From: a virus
Taxonomy: Duplodnaviria; Caudoviricetes
Virus record (IMG/VR): IMGVR_UViG_3300010355_000898
Span: 32,001 to 96,000 of that record
Strand: one strand, 5' to 3'
DNA: 64,000 nt
Within the stretch, counting starts at the first letter, position 1. Each line of letters begins with the position of its first letter. The notes beneath the pieces are model-generated. The model saw only the letters and a program-made list of their open reading frames with translations, did no database searches and was not told the DNA's origin. Positions 20,324-28,369 of this stretch are shown in pieces. A program made the position numbers and the translations under genes.

Positions 20324-20338
20324 ACTAAAACTTAATTG

Positions 20339-20345
20339 TAAGTAT
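20339..20345 (-). promoter_or_regulatory. Putative late promoter ATANTTA
   Basis: ATACTTA on the minus strand, 15 nt upstream of the ART-like ATG. Confidence 0.55.
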
Positions 20346-20347
20346 AT

Positions 20348-20602
20348 GTGAATACTGTCACAGTTGGGTTTTATAATCAGAGCATGAACTCATTGAGACC
20401 AACAGATATATCAGGTTTGATCAGGTACACAATTGAACAGTTGTCAGAGATATCTGCACAGAATGGTGAGCTGAAATTGTCAACAGATGATTTAGAGAAG
20501 AGATTGCGATCTGCAATTGCAGTGTTGAAGGTTGTGGATGAAAAGATTGAACTTGTGAGAATGATGTTGGTAAAACTTCCAGATGATTGTGAACAGGAAT
20601 GA
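20348..20602 (+). CDS. Small coiled-coil hypothetical protein
   Basis: ORF divergent from the ART-like gene. Confidence 0.5.
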   Translation: MNTVTVGFYNQSMNSLRPTDISGLIRYTIEQLSEISAQNGELKLSTDDLEKRLRSAIAVLKVVDEKIELVRMMLVKLPDDCEQE

Positions 20603-20741
20603 ATTATGTTAACGTTGAGAATATACAGAGACAACATTGGATCCATATCAGGAAATGATCTCACACAGTGTGAAGAGCACACAGTCAAGATGATATCAAA
20701 AAAGCGCCCAAGAATTATGAAAATCATTATTGGTTTATTGA

Positions 20742-21002
20742 ATGAACACAGTTGAAATTTTGTTGTCATCCAAAATTGACACACTCAAAGTGTACAAAAC
20801 TGGACTTTGGGCATTTATGTATTCAGGAAATTGTGTTCTGCTGTGGAATCCACGAATTGTTAACAGAACAATTTCTGATCATGATGGCTTTTTGGTTAAC
20901 GATCTGAGCACTGATGTCATGACATTGTGGGATTGGGAAACTATGACAAGATTGTGCAGTCTGAACACTGATGAATTCAGGGAAAGATTTGGCTTATTGT
21001 GA
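20742..21002 (+). CDS. Small hypothetical protein
   Basis: LKVYKTG motif; tiled. Confidence 0.5.
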   Translation: MNTVEILLSSKIDTLKVYKTGLWAFMYSGNCVLLWNPRIVNRTISDHDGFLVNDLSTDVMTLWDWETMTRLCSLNTDEFRERFGLL

Positions 21003-21244
21003 ATCTCAAATTGAAGGTGCACAGAGCTGGTTATGGCAGTTTTGTTTGGGGAGATCATAAAGTTGTATTTTTTCCGGAAATTCCGAAAATGTATGACGAC
21101 AGTAGAATTCTGATGTCATATTCAAGAATTCACATTCTAAATCATTGGTTATTCAAATATAATCATCAATTTTTTGTTGAAATGAGTGAGTGCAAAAACG
21201 TTGAACAATTGATGAAAGTTTTCAATGATTGGAAATTCAAATAA
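20999..21244 (+). CDS. Small hypothetical protein
   Basis: LKVHRAG motif; GTGA overlap. Confidence 0.5.
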   Translation: MNLKLKVHRAGYGSFVWGDHKVVFFPEIPKMYDDSRILMSYSRIHILNHWLFKYNHQFFVEMSECKNVEQLMKVFNDWKFK

Positions 21245-21530
21245 ATTCAATAGTGAACAGTTGATGGAAATGTGGAATTCTGTTATTCGAACAACAGACT
21301 ATGTTGACAAAAAATGGATTGGTTTAAGAGTTTATTGTGATGGTGGTTGGCTTGTGTTTGTGTATGTCAGTGACAGATTGGGTGATGACATATGGGCACC
21401 CAATTTTTATACCAAACCAGAAAAGATGACAAGATTTCCAGATTTGGAAACACTCAACTATGATGATTTCAAAAGGGTGATATTGGATGAAAATAAGAAA
21501 TATTACAACAGAACAACCAGAATTTCTTGA
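21225..21530 (+). CDS. Small hypothetical protein
   Basis: LRVYCDG motif; overlaps the start of dnaE part 3. Confidence 0.5.
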   Translation: MIGNSNKFNSEQLMEMWNSVIRTTDYVDKKWIGLRVYCDGGWLVFVYVSDRLGDDIWAPNFYTKPEKMTRFPDLETLNYDDFKRVILDENKKYYNRTTRIS

Positions 21531-22119
21531 TATCAAGAAGTGGTATGAACAGAATCTTCATCCTGATGCAAACAATTATGATGATCAGAAAACATTTGAT
21601 GTCTACAAAGGTGAAGCATTCCCTGGGATATTTCAGTTGACATCAAAGGGTGCGCAGAGACTGTTCAGACAAGCAGAGCCAAAGTCAATTGTTGACATTG
21701 CTGTGTTGACAGCAATCTATAGACCTGGACCCTTGGCTGCAAATGTTGACAAGATCTATCTCAAGGCAAAGAAGGGTGAAAAGTTTGAATGGGGGCATCC
21801 ACTCTTTGAAAAAGTGTTGGGAGAAACATATAATTGTCTCACAGGTGATACACTAATTCTATTGGCAAATTTGCAACAAAAAAGTTTAAGTGATATAGAA
21901 ATTGGTGATGAGATCATATCATTCAATGAAAAAACTCAACACTATGAGCAAGACATTGTTAAGGCAAAAGTTTGTAATGGAACTCAAGATCTCATTATGA
22001 TAGAAACTGAAACAGGGACATTAAAATGCACACCAGAACATAAAATTATGACAAAGAGAGGTTGGGTATGTGCTGGTGATTTAATGGAAGATGATGAGAT
22101 TGTGAGTTATGAAATTTAG
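21487..22119 (+). CDS. dnaE: DnaE part 3: IntC-like stub, fingers segment, split-intein N-half
   Basis: DDQKTF, GIFQLTS, AIYRPGPL, LGETYN|CLTGDT. Confidence 0.93.
   Translation: MKIRNITTEQPEFLDIKKWYEQNLHPDANNYDDQKTFDVYKGEAFPGIFQLTSKGAQRLFRQAEPKSIVDIAVLTAIYRPGPLAANVDKIYLKAKKGEKFEWGHPLFEKVLGETYNCLTGDTLILLANLQQKSLSDIEIGDEIISFNEKTQHYEQDIVKAKVCNGTQDLIMIETETGTLKCTPEHKIMTKRGWVCAGDLMEDDEIVSYEI
21835..22119 (+). mobile_element. Split intein 2, N-fragment (94 aa)
   Basis: CLTGDTLI block A; CTPEHKIMTKRGW block B. Confidence 0.92.
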
Positions 22120-23089
22120 TAAACGATGTGTACATTGTAATATAGAATATCTTTCAAAAAAAATTGATTCAAAATATTGTTCAAGAGCTTGTAAAGATGC
22201 GCATTCTAGAACATTAAAAAAGGGTGTATGTGTTATTTGCGGTTGTGAAACAAGATGTGAACGTGTAAAAACTTGTTCAAAATATTGTAAGTCTCTTTAT
22301 CTTAAAAGCAAAAAAGAAACAATTGAATGGAAAGAAGCGCGAACTGAAATAATATGTCAAATGTGCAATAAGACATTTATTGTTTCAAATAGTAGAAAAT
22401 CACGTAAATGTTGTTCGAAAAAATGTGCTTATGAATTAAGATCAATTTTGTACAAAGGAAGAACAATAACGCCTGAATGGAAAGCAAATCAAAATTTAGG
22501 TAAAAAACGTGAAAATATTGTGAAATTTGGTGATTTTGAATGTGAAAAATGTCACAAAAAATTTGAAACAAATCTTTCTTTAAGGTCTCATAAATCATAT
22601 TGTAGTGCTGATCAAGAACAACGAAATGTTACGTGTGAAATTTGTGGTAAAGTTTTCAAAAGAAATCGAAATTTTCTTGCACATTATCAATTACATGACG
22701 AAGAAAAATATAGGCAGCATTGTTTATCAGTTAAAGAAGGTGTAAAATATCGTTCTGCACCTCAAACAACATCAAATCAAGAATTGCAATTCTATAAAAT
22801 ATTGTGTGATTTTTATGGTCAAGATAACGTTGTACACAAGTTCAAACTACAAGAAAGTGGTCATGAATATGACTTTTATGTCAAAAGTCTAAATCTAATC
22901 ATTGAATTTGATGGTGATTATTGGCATGGAAACAAAGAATGTTTTGAATTAACAGATAAAATGAAACAACAATTCAATATTGATATATCACATACAAAAC
23001 GAGCCATAAAAGAAGGTTACGATTTACAAAGAGTATGGGCATCAAAAATGGACATATATCCAAATGAATTAAGAGTTTTACCAATATGA
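22109..23089 (+). CDS. Free-standing homing endonuclease: zinc repeats, C2H2-type fingers, Vsr/DUF559-like domain
   Basis: CxxC...CSxxC repeats; CEICGKVFKRNRNFLAHYQLH; YDFY, IIEFDGDYWHG. Confidence 0.85.
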   Translation: MKFSKRCVHCNIEYLSKKIDSKYCSRACKDAHSRTLKKGVCVICGCETRCERVKTCSKYCKSLYLKSKKETIEWKEARTEIICQMCNKTFIVSNSRKSRKCCSKKCAYELRSILYKGRTITPEWKANQNLGKKRENIVKFGDFECEKCHKKFETNLSLRSHKSYCSADQEQRNVTCEICGKVFKRNRNFLAHYQLHDEEKYRQHCLSVKEGVKYRSAPQTTSNQELQFYKILCDFYGQDNVVHKFKLQESGHEYDFYVKSLNLIIEFDGDYWHGNKECFELTDKMKQQFNIDISHTKRAIKEGYDLQRVWASKMDIYPNELRVLPI

Positions 23090-23193
23090 TTTACACTAAA
23101 GTGAAATCTATAAAACACATCAATAAAGATGTGACATATGATATTCAAACTGGGAATCATAATTTCATTGCAAATGGAATTCTCGCACATAAT
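23086..23193 (+). mobile_element. Split intein 2, C-fragment (36 aa)
   Basis: MIYTKVKSI...TYDIQTGNHNFIANGILAHN|C. Confidence 0.93.
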
Positions 23194-24396
23194 TGTTTAA
23201 TTTTCCAAGAGTCAGTCATGGAATTGGCCGAAATCATTGGGCTTTTCCCCAAAGACCAATGTGATAACGTTCGTAGAGCAATTATGAAACGTGATCTTTC
23301 AAAGGGTGAGGCTGCCATAGCAGAAGCAAAGAAAATGGAAGATCAATTTGTTGATGGTGCTGTCAGTCAGGGTATCAAAGAAGAGACAGCACGACAAGCA
23401 TATCAGAATATATTGTTCTATTCTTCATACGGGTTCAACAAAAGCCATGCAATCGCTTATGCAATTGATTCATATATGTGTGCATGGCTACTGACACACT
23501 ATGAAAAGGAATGGTTGACAACCTATCTTGAGAGCATGTCAAACAATCCTGATGATAAAGCAACAGCAATTGGTGAAATCAGAAAACTTGGTTACAAGAT
23601 TGTTCCAATTGATGTGCAATATGCAGGAAAAGGTTGGACATGCATTGAAGGAAAAAAATTCATGCCATCACTCCTATCATGTAAGGGAGTTGGTGAGAGT
23701 GCAGTTGAAGAATTGTTGTCAATGCGTCCAATCACTGATTTCAAAGATATGTTTTGGAATGCTGATGGAAGTTGGCGACCATCAAAATTCAACTCAAAAG
23801 CACTTGATGCACTCATTAAGTTGGGAGCATTCGGTTCATTGGATGTTGTTGGCTCAGGAAAGCTGTTCAGATCATACAAACATATGCATGATGTTATGAT
23901 TGTGCACAAGGATGAAATCAAAAAGGTTTCAAAACGTGATCAGTATCAGGGTTACAACAATTTTTTGCGACTCATTGATGAGTATGCACAAAAGTATGAT
24001 GCAGAAGAGTTGCCGGGTGAATGGACAAAACGTGAATTGGCAGATTTTCAAGCAGAAATTCTTGGGACAGTTGATGTAAGAATGATCATTGATGATGAAA
24101 TCTGGGGTACACTTGAAACAAAAGGCATCAAATCTGTTGATGAACTTGAGCAGGGTGAGAAGGAGGTCGTTTGGTTTGTTGTCAATGGTTCAAATCTGAA
24201 AAGGACAAAGACTGGAAAAGAATTCCTGAGTGCTGAAGTCATGGGTTCAAAATCAAAAATTGAACGCATGAACATTTGGGGTTGGAAGAGTGATAAGAAC
24301 GTGATCAAGAATTTGACATTGTGCATAGCAGAGGTTGAAAAGAATGATTTTGGTGCATCAACAACAAGTTGGAAATTGAAAACATTGGGTGAATAA
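23086..24396 (+). CDS. dnaE: DnaE part 4: intein C-half, fingers/HhH/OB C-terminal region
   Basis: ILAHN|CLIFQES, SYGFNKSHAIAY, KGVGES, LIKLGAF. Confidence 0.94.
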   Translation: MIYTKVKSIKHINKDVTYDIQTGNHNFIANGILAHNCLIFQESVMELAEIIGLFPKDQCDNVRRAIMKRDLSKGEAAIAEAKKMEDQFVDGAVSQGIKEETARQAYQNILFYSSYGFNKSHAIAYAIDSYMCAWLLTHYEKEWLTTYLESMSNNPDDKATAIGEIRKLGYKIVPIDVQYAGKGWTCIEGKKFMPSLLSCKGVGESAVEELLSMRPITDFKDMFWNADGSWRPSKFNSKALDALIKLGAFGSLDVVGSGKLFRSYKHMHDVMIVHKDEIKKVSKRDQYQGYNNFLRLIDEYAQKYDAEELPGEWTKRELADFQAEILGTVDVRMIIDDEIWGTLETKGIKSVDELEQGEKEVVWFVVNGSNLKRTKTGKEFLSAEVMGSKSKIERMNIWGWKSDKNVIKNLTLCIAEVEKNDFGASTTSWKLKTLGE

Positions 24397-24834
24397 GTGA
24401 ACAACACACAAGAAACAACAGAATTTGCAGGTTTGGTTTTCACGCATTTGGGTGATGGAATGTACATGTACAGTGACGCCAAGATTGAGATCTGCTTGCA
24501 GTTTTACAAGGATACCGTTTGGATAGCAGAGTTGACAGATGTTGAACACAAGTGTATTGAATTCAGAATGTCAAACAGTGATCCAGAAAATTGTATCATT
24601 GATGTTCTGAACAGCGCAAAGACAGAACTCATGAAACGTTTATGCACACAGATTGATGTGTTAAATCAGTGTATCAGACTGCAAGGAAATCCAGTTCCAA
24701 TTCCAATCACGTTTGAAACAAATGTTGAAAATGAATCAGTTGACAAAACTGGAAGATTTGACCATGTGATCTCAATCGCAAAAAATGTTGCAAATAGGAT
24801 TGTAAAATCAGGACGTAAAATTGTAGTATGGTGA
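24397..24834 (+). CDS. Hypothetical protein
   Basis: Directly follows dnaE part 4. Confidence 0.55.
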   Translation: MNNTQETTEFAGLVFTHLGDGMYMYSDAKIEICLQFYKDTVWIAELTDVEHKCIEFRMSNSDPENCIIDVLNSAKTELMKRLCTQIDVLNQCIRLQGNPVPIPITFETNVENESVDKTGRFDHVISIAKNVANRIVKSGRKIVVW

Positions 24835-24838
24835 CACA

Positions 24839-25402
24839 ATGATCATAATTTTTGTTGGCGCTGATATGTGTGGTAAAACAAACATTGCCCATCAACTTTC
24901 AAGAGTTCTCAATATTCCTGTTTTCAAGGCATCAAGTGAACATGGAAGCTTCCTGCATGGTCAGGATAGATTCTTGACAAACATAAGGGTTTCATCACAA
25001 TATTTGCTTGATTTCATTAGACAGACAGGCAGCAGTGTCATATTTGATCGTGAATTTCCTTGTGAATATGCATATTCAAAACATTTCAATAGGGAAACAG
25101 ACATCGATGCAATCATGGCACTTGATGAGGGATATTCTAAACTTGATACATTGATCATTCATTGCAAAAGAAAGTCATTCAGTGGAATACGTGATGATCT
25201 TGATCAATCAATAGACGAAAACAGTCTCAACAGTATTCAGAGACATTACGATGACTTCAGAATGATTTCTGGATGCAAATGGTTGGAATTGTTTGTTGAT
25301 GACGAAAATATTGAGAGAGAGCTCCAGGAGATAAGAGAAAAGATGTTGGAAGTATTTCCATTGTGGGCACTCTCTGAAACACAAAGTTATATTTTGGACT
25401 GA
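24839..25402 (+). CDS. Deoxynucleoside monophosphate kinase (thymidylate kinase-like)
   Basis: GADMCGKT P-loop; IFDREFPCEYAYS. Confidence 0.8.
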   Translation: MIIIFVGADMCGKTNIAHQLSRVLNIPVFKASSEHGSFLHGQDRFLTNIRVSSQYLLDFIRQTGSSVIFDREFPCEYAYSKHFNRETDIDAIMALDEGYSKLDTLIIHCKRKSFSGIRDDLDQSIDENSLNSIQRHYDDFRMISGCKWLELFVDDENIERELQEIREKMLEVFPLWALSETQSYILD

Positions 25403-25420
25403 ATCGGAGAATTGACAATT

Positions 25421-26704
25421 ATGAAAAAAATGATTCTTTGGCAACTTCAACTTTCACTGTACAATGAACAGGGCAAATTTGTTTTCACAGCAGACAGCAA
25501 TTGGCAAATGATGGCAACAAAATTGCTCAATATGTTGAAGTTGAATCCTGAACTGTATGTTGACATTCTTGTTCCAGATGTGAAAGATTGTGCAGAGGGT
25601 GAAAAACCTGCTGAACTTTTGTGGAAACTGTTGGGTCAGCAGTTGTTCAAACGTGTTAAACTGTTGAGTGTTCCAATTGCACCCTCTGCACTCAGGACAA
25701 GGTATGATTTTCCATATGAAAGTTACAAAAAAGCTCTCGATTTTGTGCATTGGGACAATGTTGGTGAGAGATACACACATGTGTATGTAAATGATCCAAT
25801 GTTTGTAGGAAATCTTAAAACGTTGTTTCAACTTGAATACCATTATCAACCAATGTTCATCGTGCAAACACACTTTCTTGACAGCCCAACAGCAAGAATC
25901 GTTCCAAAAGAGGTTGAATATTGGCATAGTCAAGTTGTTGGAAATTTGAAAGCTGATGTGTGTTTGTGGCATTGCAAAACAATGGAACAGATCTTTTTTG
26001 ATGATCTTGGCAAAGATTATCAACAACATATTGTTGAGAACATCATGAAAAAATCTGATGTTTGGAAGGATGGTTATTCAACAGAGGAGATCAGAAAACC
26101 GGTTGATGTCAACAATGTGCGCTTTTTGAAACAATTTGAACAATTGCGAAAATCTGGAAAAAAGATTGTTTGGGTGCCAAACAGAGTTGGCGGGTTGGGA
26201 AGATCAAGCGATTACACAAATTGTGGCAAGTTTCTGTTTGAACTGGTTCCAGAATTGTGGAAGACACGACAAGATTTCATAATTTTGGCAGGAAATCCAA
26301 ATCAGAAGATCAGTAATGATGAAATTGCTGAATTGTGTCCGGCATATGTCAAATTGGTTGATACTGCTCTGAATAGGGATGAATACAGGTTTTTGTCACA
26401 AAATTGTGATATTGTTGGTGCGTTCTATACTGTTGACACAAATGGAGGATATGCCTCACTTGAGGCTGTTGAATTTGGTGCAATACCACTTTACCCAAAT
26501 CTGTATGAATATAAGGTCTATTTTGATGCAGTCAATTGGCCAGATGAATTGAGAGGAAAACCAGATCTTTCAGACATTGGTGATGTGTTGGGAAGGCTGA
26601 TTGATACAAATCCTGATGTGACAAAACTTCAAAAATTTGTCAGAGAGTATGCTTCATATGAACATACAACAGAACAGTTCATGAAGAAATATGATCTATT
26701 GTGA
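25421..26704 (+). CDS. Putative GT-B fold glycosyltransferase (candidate DNA glycosyltransferase)
   Basis: IVWVPNR, LNRDEYRFL, GGYASLEAVEFGAIPLYP resemble a GT-B C-terminal donor-binding motif; context. Confidence 0.65.
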   Translation: MKKMILWQLQLSLYNEQGKFVFTADSNWQMMATKLLNMLKLNPELYVDILVPDVKDCAEGEKPAELLWKLLGQQLFKRVKLLSVPIAPSALRTRYDFPYESYKKALDFVHWDNVGERYTHVYVNDPMFVGNLKTLFQLEYHYQPMFIVQTHFLDSPTARIVPKEVEYWHSQVVGNLKADVCLWHCKTMEQIFFDDLGKDYQQHIVENIMKKSDVWKDGYSTEEIRKPVDVNNVRFLKQFEQLRKSGKKIVWVPNRVGGLGRSSDYTNCGKFLFELVPELWKTRQDFIILAGNPNQKISNDEIAELCPAYVKLVDTALNRDEYRFLSQNCDIVGAFYTVDTNGGYASLEAVEFGAIPLYPNLYEYKVYFDAVNWPDELRGKPDLSDIGDVLGRLIDTNPDVTKLQKFVREYASYEHTTEQFMKKYDLL

Positions 26705-26719
26705 TACGTAAATTGTGTT

Positions 26720-26938
26720 ATGGCACACACATGCAGATGCAACAAAGAGTTGCTTTCAGGTGAATCATTTTGTAAAGATTGTGTTGAAAAGTTGACAAAT
26801 GAATGGTGGAATAGTGCAATTGAATGCCTAATTCATGACATCATGAGTCACAATCACAACCTTTCAGATGATGAAAAATCAAAATTTGTGAAACTTTGCA
26901 AAGGCGTAATGCTTCCAGAGGTGAATGATGACATATGA
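26720..26938 (+). CDS. Small Cys-rich hypothetical protein
   Basis: CRC...CKDC. Confidence 0.5.
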   Translation: MAHTCRCNKELLSGESFCKDCVEKLTNEWWNSAIECLIHDIMSHNHNLSDDEKSKFVKLCKGVMLPEVNDDI

Positions 26939-27122
26939 ATATATTTGCAAAAATTGTGGCCTTCAATTTGAGGCAGAACAGAAGATAACAGAAGAGCCCT
27001 TGATTCACTGTGAGAAATGTGGACACAATTCATTGAAGAGATTAATCAATCAGCAATCAGGATTTATTCTGAAGGGTTCTGGATGGTACAGAGATGGTTA
27101 TGGAAATGTTGGTAAAGGTTAA
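26928..27122 (+). CDS. FmdB-family zinc-ribbon protein
   Basis: YEYICKNCG...CEKCG..LKRLI...FILKGSGWYRDGY. Confidence 0.88.
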   Translation: MTYEYICKNCGLQFEAEQKITEEPLIHCEKCGHNSLKRLINQQSGFILKGSGWYRDGYGNVGKG

Positions 27123-27345
27123 CATATCAAAGCAACAAGCATGGGATACTGAAAATTTTATTCCATTGAATAGTGATTTTGAATTGCATAATTTGATACA
27201 TAGGGATGAAAATGTAATCATAACAAAGTTTGATGATGATTACTATATCTGGTCATTTAGCGGAAGTCAACAATGCACAAATTCATTTGATAAACGTGTC
27301 AAATTTATTGATGAAAGTTCATTAGAAAAGATATACGCAATATGA
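27100..27345 (+). CDS. Small hypothetical protein
   Basis: Tiled; ATGA overlap with the next gene. Confidence 0.5.
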   Translation: MEMLVKVNISKQQAWDTENFIPLNSDFELHNLIHRDENVIITKFDDDYYIWSFSGSQQCTNSFDKRVKFIDESSLEKIYAI

Positions 27346-28322
27346 AAAATATTCTGATAACTGGAGTGGCTGGTTTTATTGGTAGCAATCTTGCAAATGA
27401 ATGTATAAAGATTGGTCTCAACGTTGATGGCGTTGATGATTTTTCAAATGGTCATAAAGAATTTGTGCCAACAGGAATGGGAACATTGTATGCAAATGAT
27501 TTCTCTGACAAAAACATTGTTGACAATGTTGAGCATGGTGTTTATGACACAATTTTTCACCTTGCAGCAATGCCAAGAGTTTCATACAGCGTTGAGTATC
27601 CATATGAAACAAATGATGTGAATGTAACAAAAACATTGAAACTTTTTGAAGCATTGAGAAAAGCTGGTAACAGAACAAAACTGATATTTGCATCAAGTTC
27701 ATCAGTTTATGGTGGAGCGACAGTTGATCAATATGGAAAAGTTCTTGGACAATCAGAAACTGATACAAAACACCCAGTTTCACCATATGCATTGCAAAAG
27801 TCAATAATTGAAGATTATGCTGTGATGTATGCAAACTATTACAAATGCAACATTGCATCAATGAGATTTTTCAATGTTTTTGGCAAAAATCAGTTGGGTG
27901 GATCTCCATATTCAACTGCAATTTCAGCATGGTTGACTGCAATAAAGTTTGGAAAAAAATTGAGATTTGATGGAGATGGTACACAGAGCAGAGATATGTG
28001 TCATGTTGACAATGTTGTTCATGCGCTCATTCTTGCTGGGAAATCTGCCAACATATTCAATGGTGATGTATACAACGTTGCAACTGGGACAAGAATAAGC
28101 AATAATGAAATTTTGTGGCTCATCAATCAGAGATTGCCAAACAAGGGTATGATCATGGCGCCAACAAGGATGGGTGATGTGAAACATACACTTGCAAACA
28201 TATCAAAAATCAAAAATGATCTGAAGTATGAGCCAATTGTTGATGTAAAAACTGGAATTGATATGACAATTGATTGGTACACAACAAATTGGGAACAGAT
28301 CAAAATGTTGTCTTCGATTTGA
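27342..28322 (+). CDS. NAD-dependent nucleotide-sugar epimerase/dehydratase
   Basis: ITGVAGFIGS, HLAA, ASSSSVYG, SPYALQK, RFFNVFG, GDGTQSRD. Confidence 0.92.
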   Translation: MKNILITGVAGFIGSNLANECIKIGLNVDGVDDFSNGHKEFVPTGMGTLYANDFSDKNIVDNVEHGVYDTIFHLAAMPRVSYSVEYPYETNDVNVTKTLKLFEALRKAGNRTKLIFASSSSVYGGATVDQYGKVLGQSETDTKHPVSPYALQKSIIEDYAVMYANYYKCNIASMRFFNVFGKNQLGGSPYSTAISAWLTAIKFGKKLRFDGDGTQSRDMCHVDNVVHALILAGKSANIFNGDVYNVATGTRISNNEILWLINQRLPNKGMIMAPTRMGDVKHTLANISKIKNDLKYEPIVDVKTGIDMTIDWYTTNWEQIKMLSSI

Positions 28323-28369
28323 AATATGAACAATTTGATGACATTCTGTACAATCTGTTTGAGGAAAAT

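Noticed and set aside
18714-21487. Group I/II intron or ribosomal bypass joining dnaE parts 2 and 3
   Set aside because: The gap is fully tiled with ORFs including an antisense gene; no structured non-coding stretch or maturase seen; part 3 has its own ATG. RT-PCR would be needed to exclude it formally.
16709-23193. Split inteins as sequencing frameshifts of ordinary endonuclease-containing inteins
   Set aside because: Would need four independent frame errors. Each piece has its own start with typical overlaps (e.g. ATGA at 23086-23089), and the breaks fall at the usual IntN/IntC boundary.
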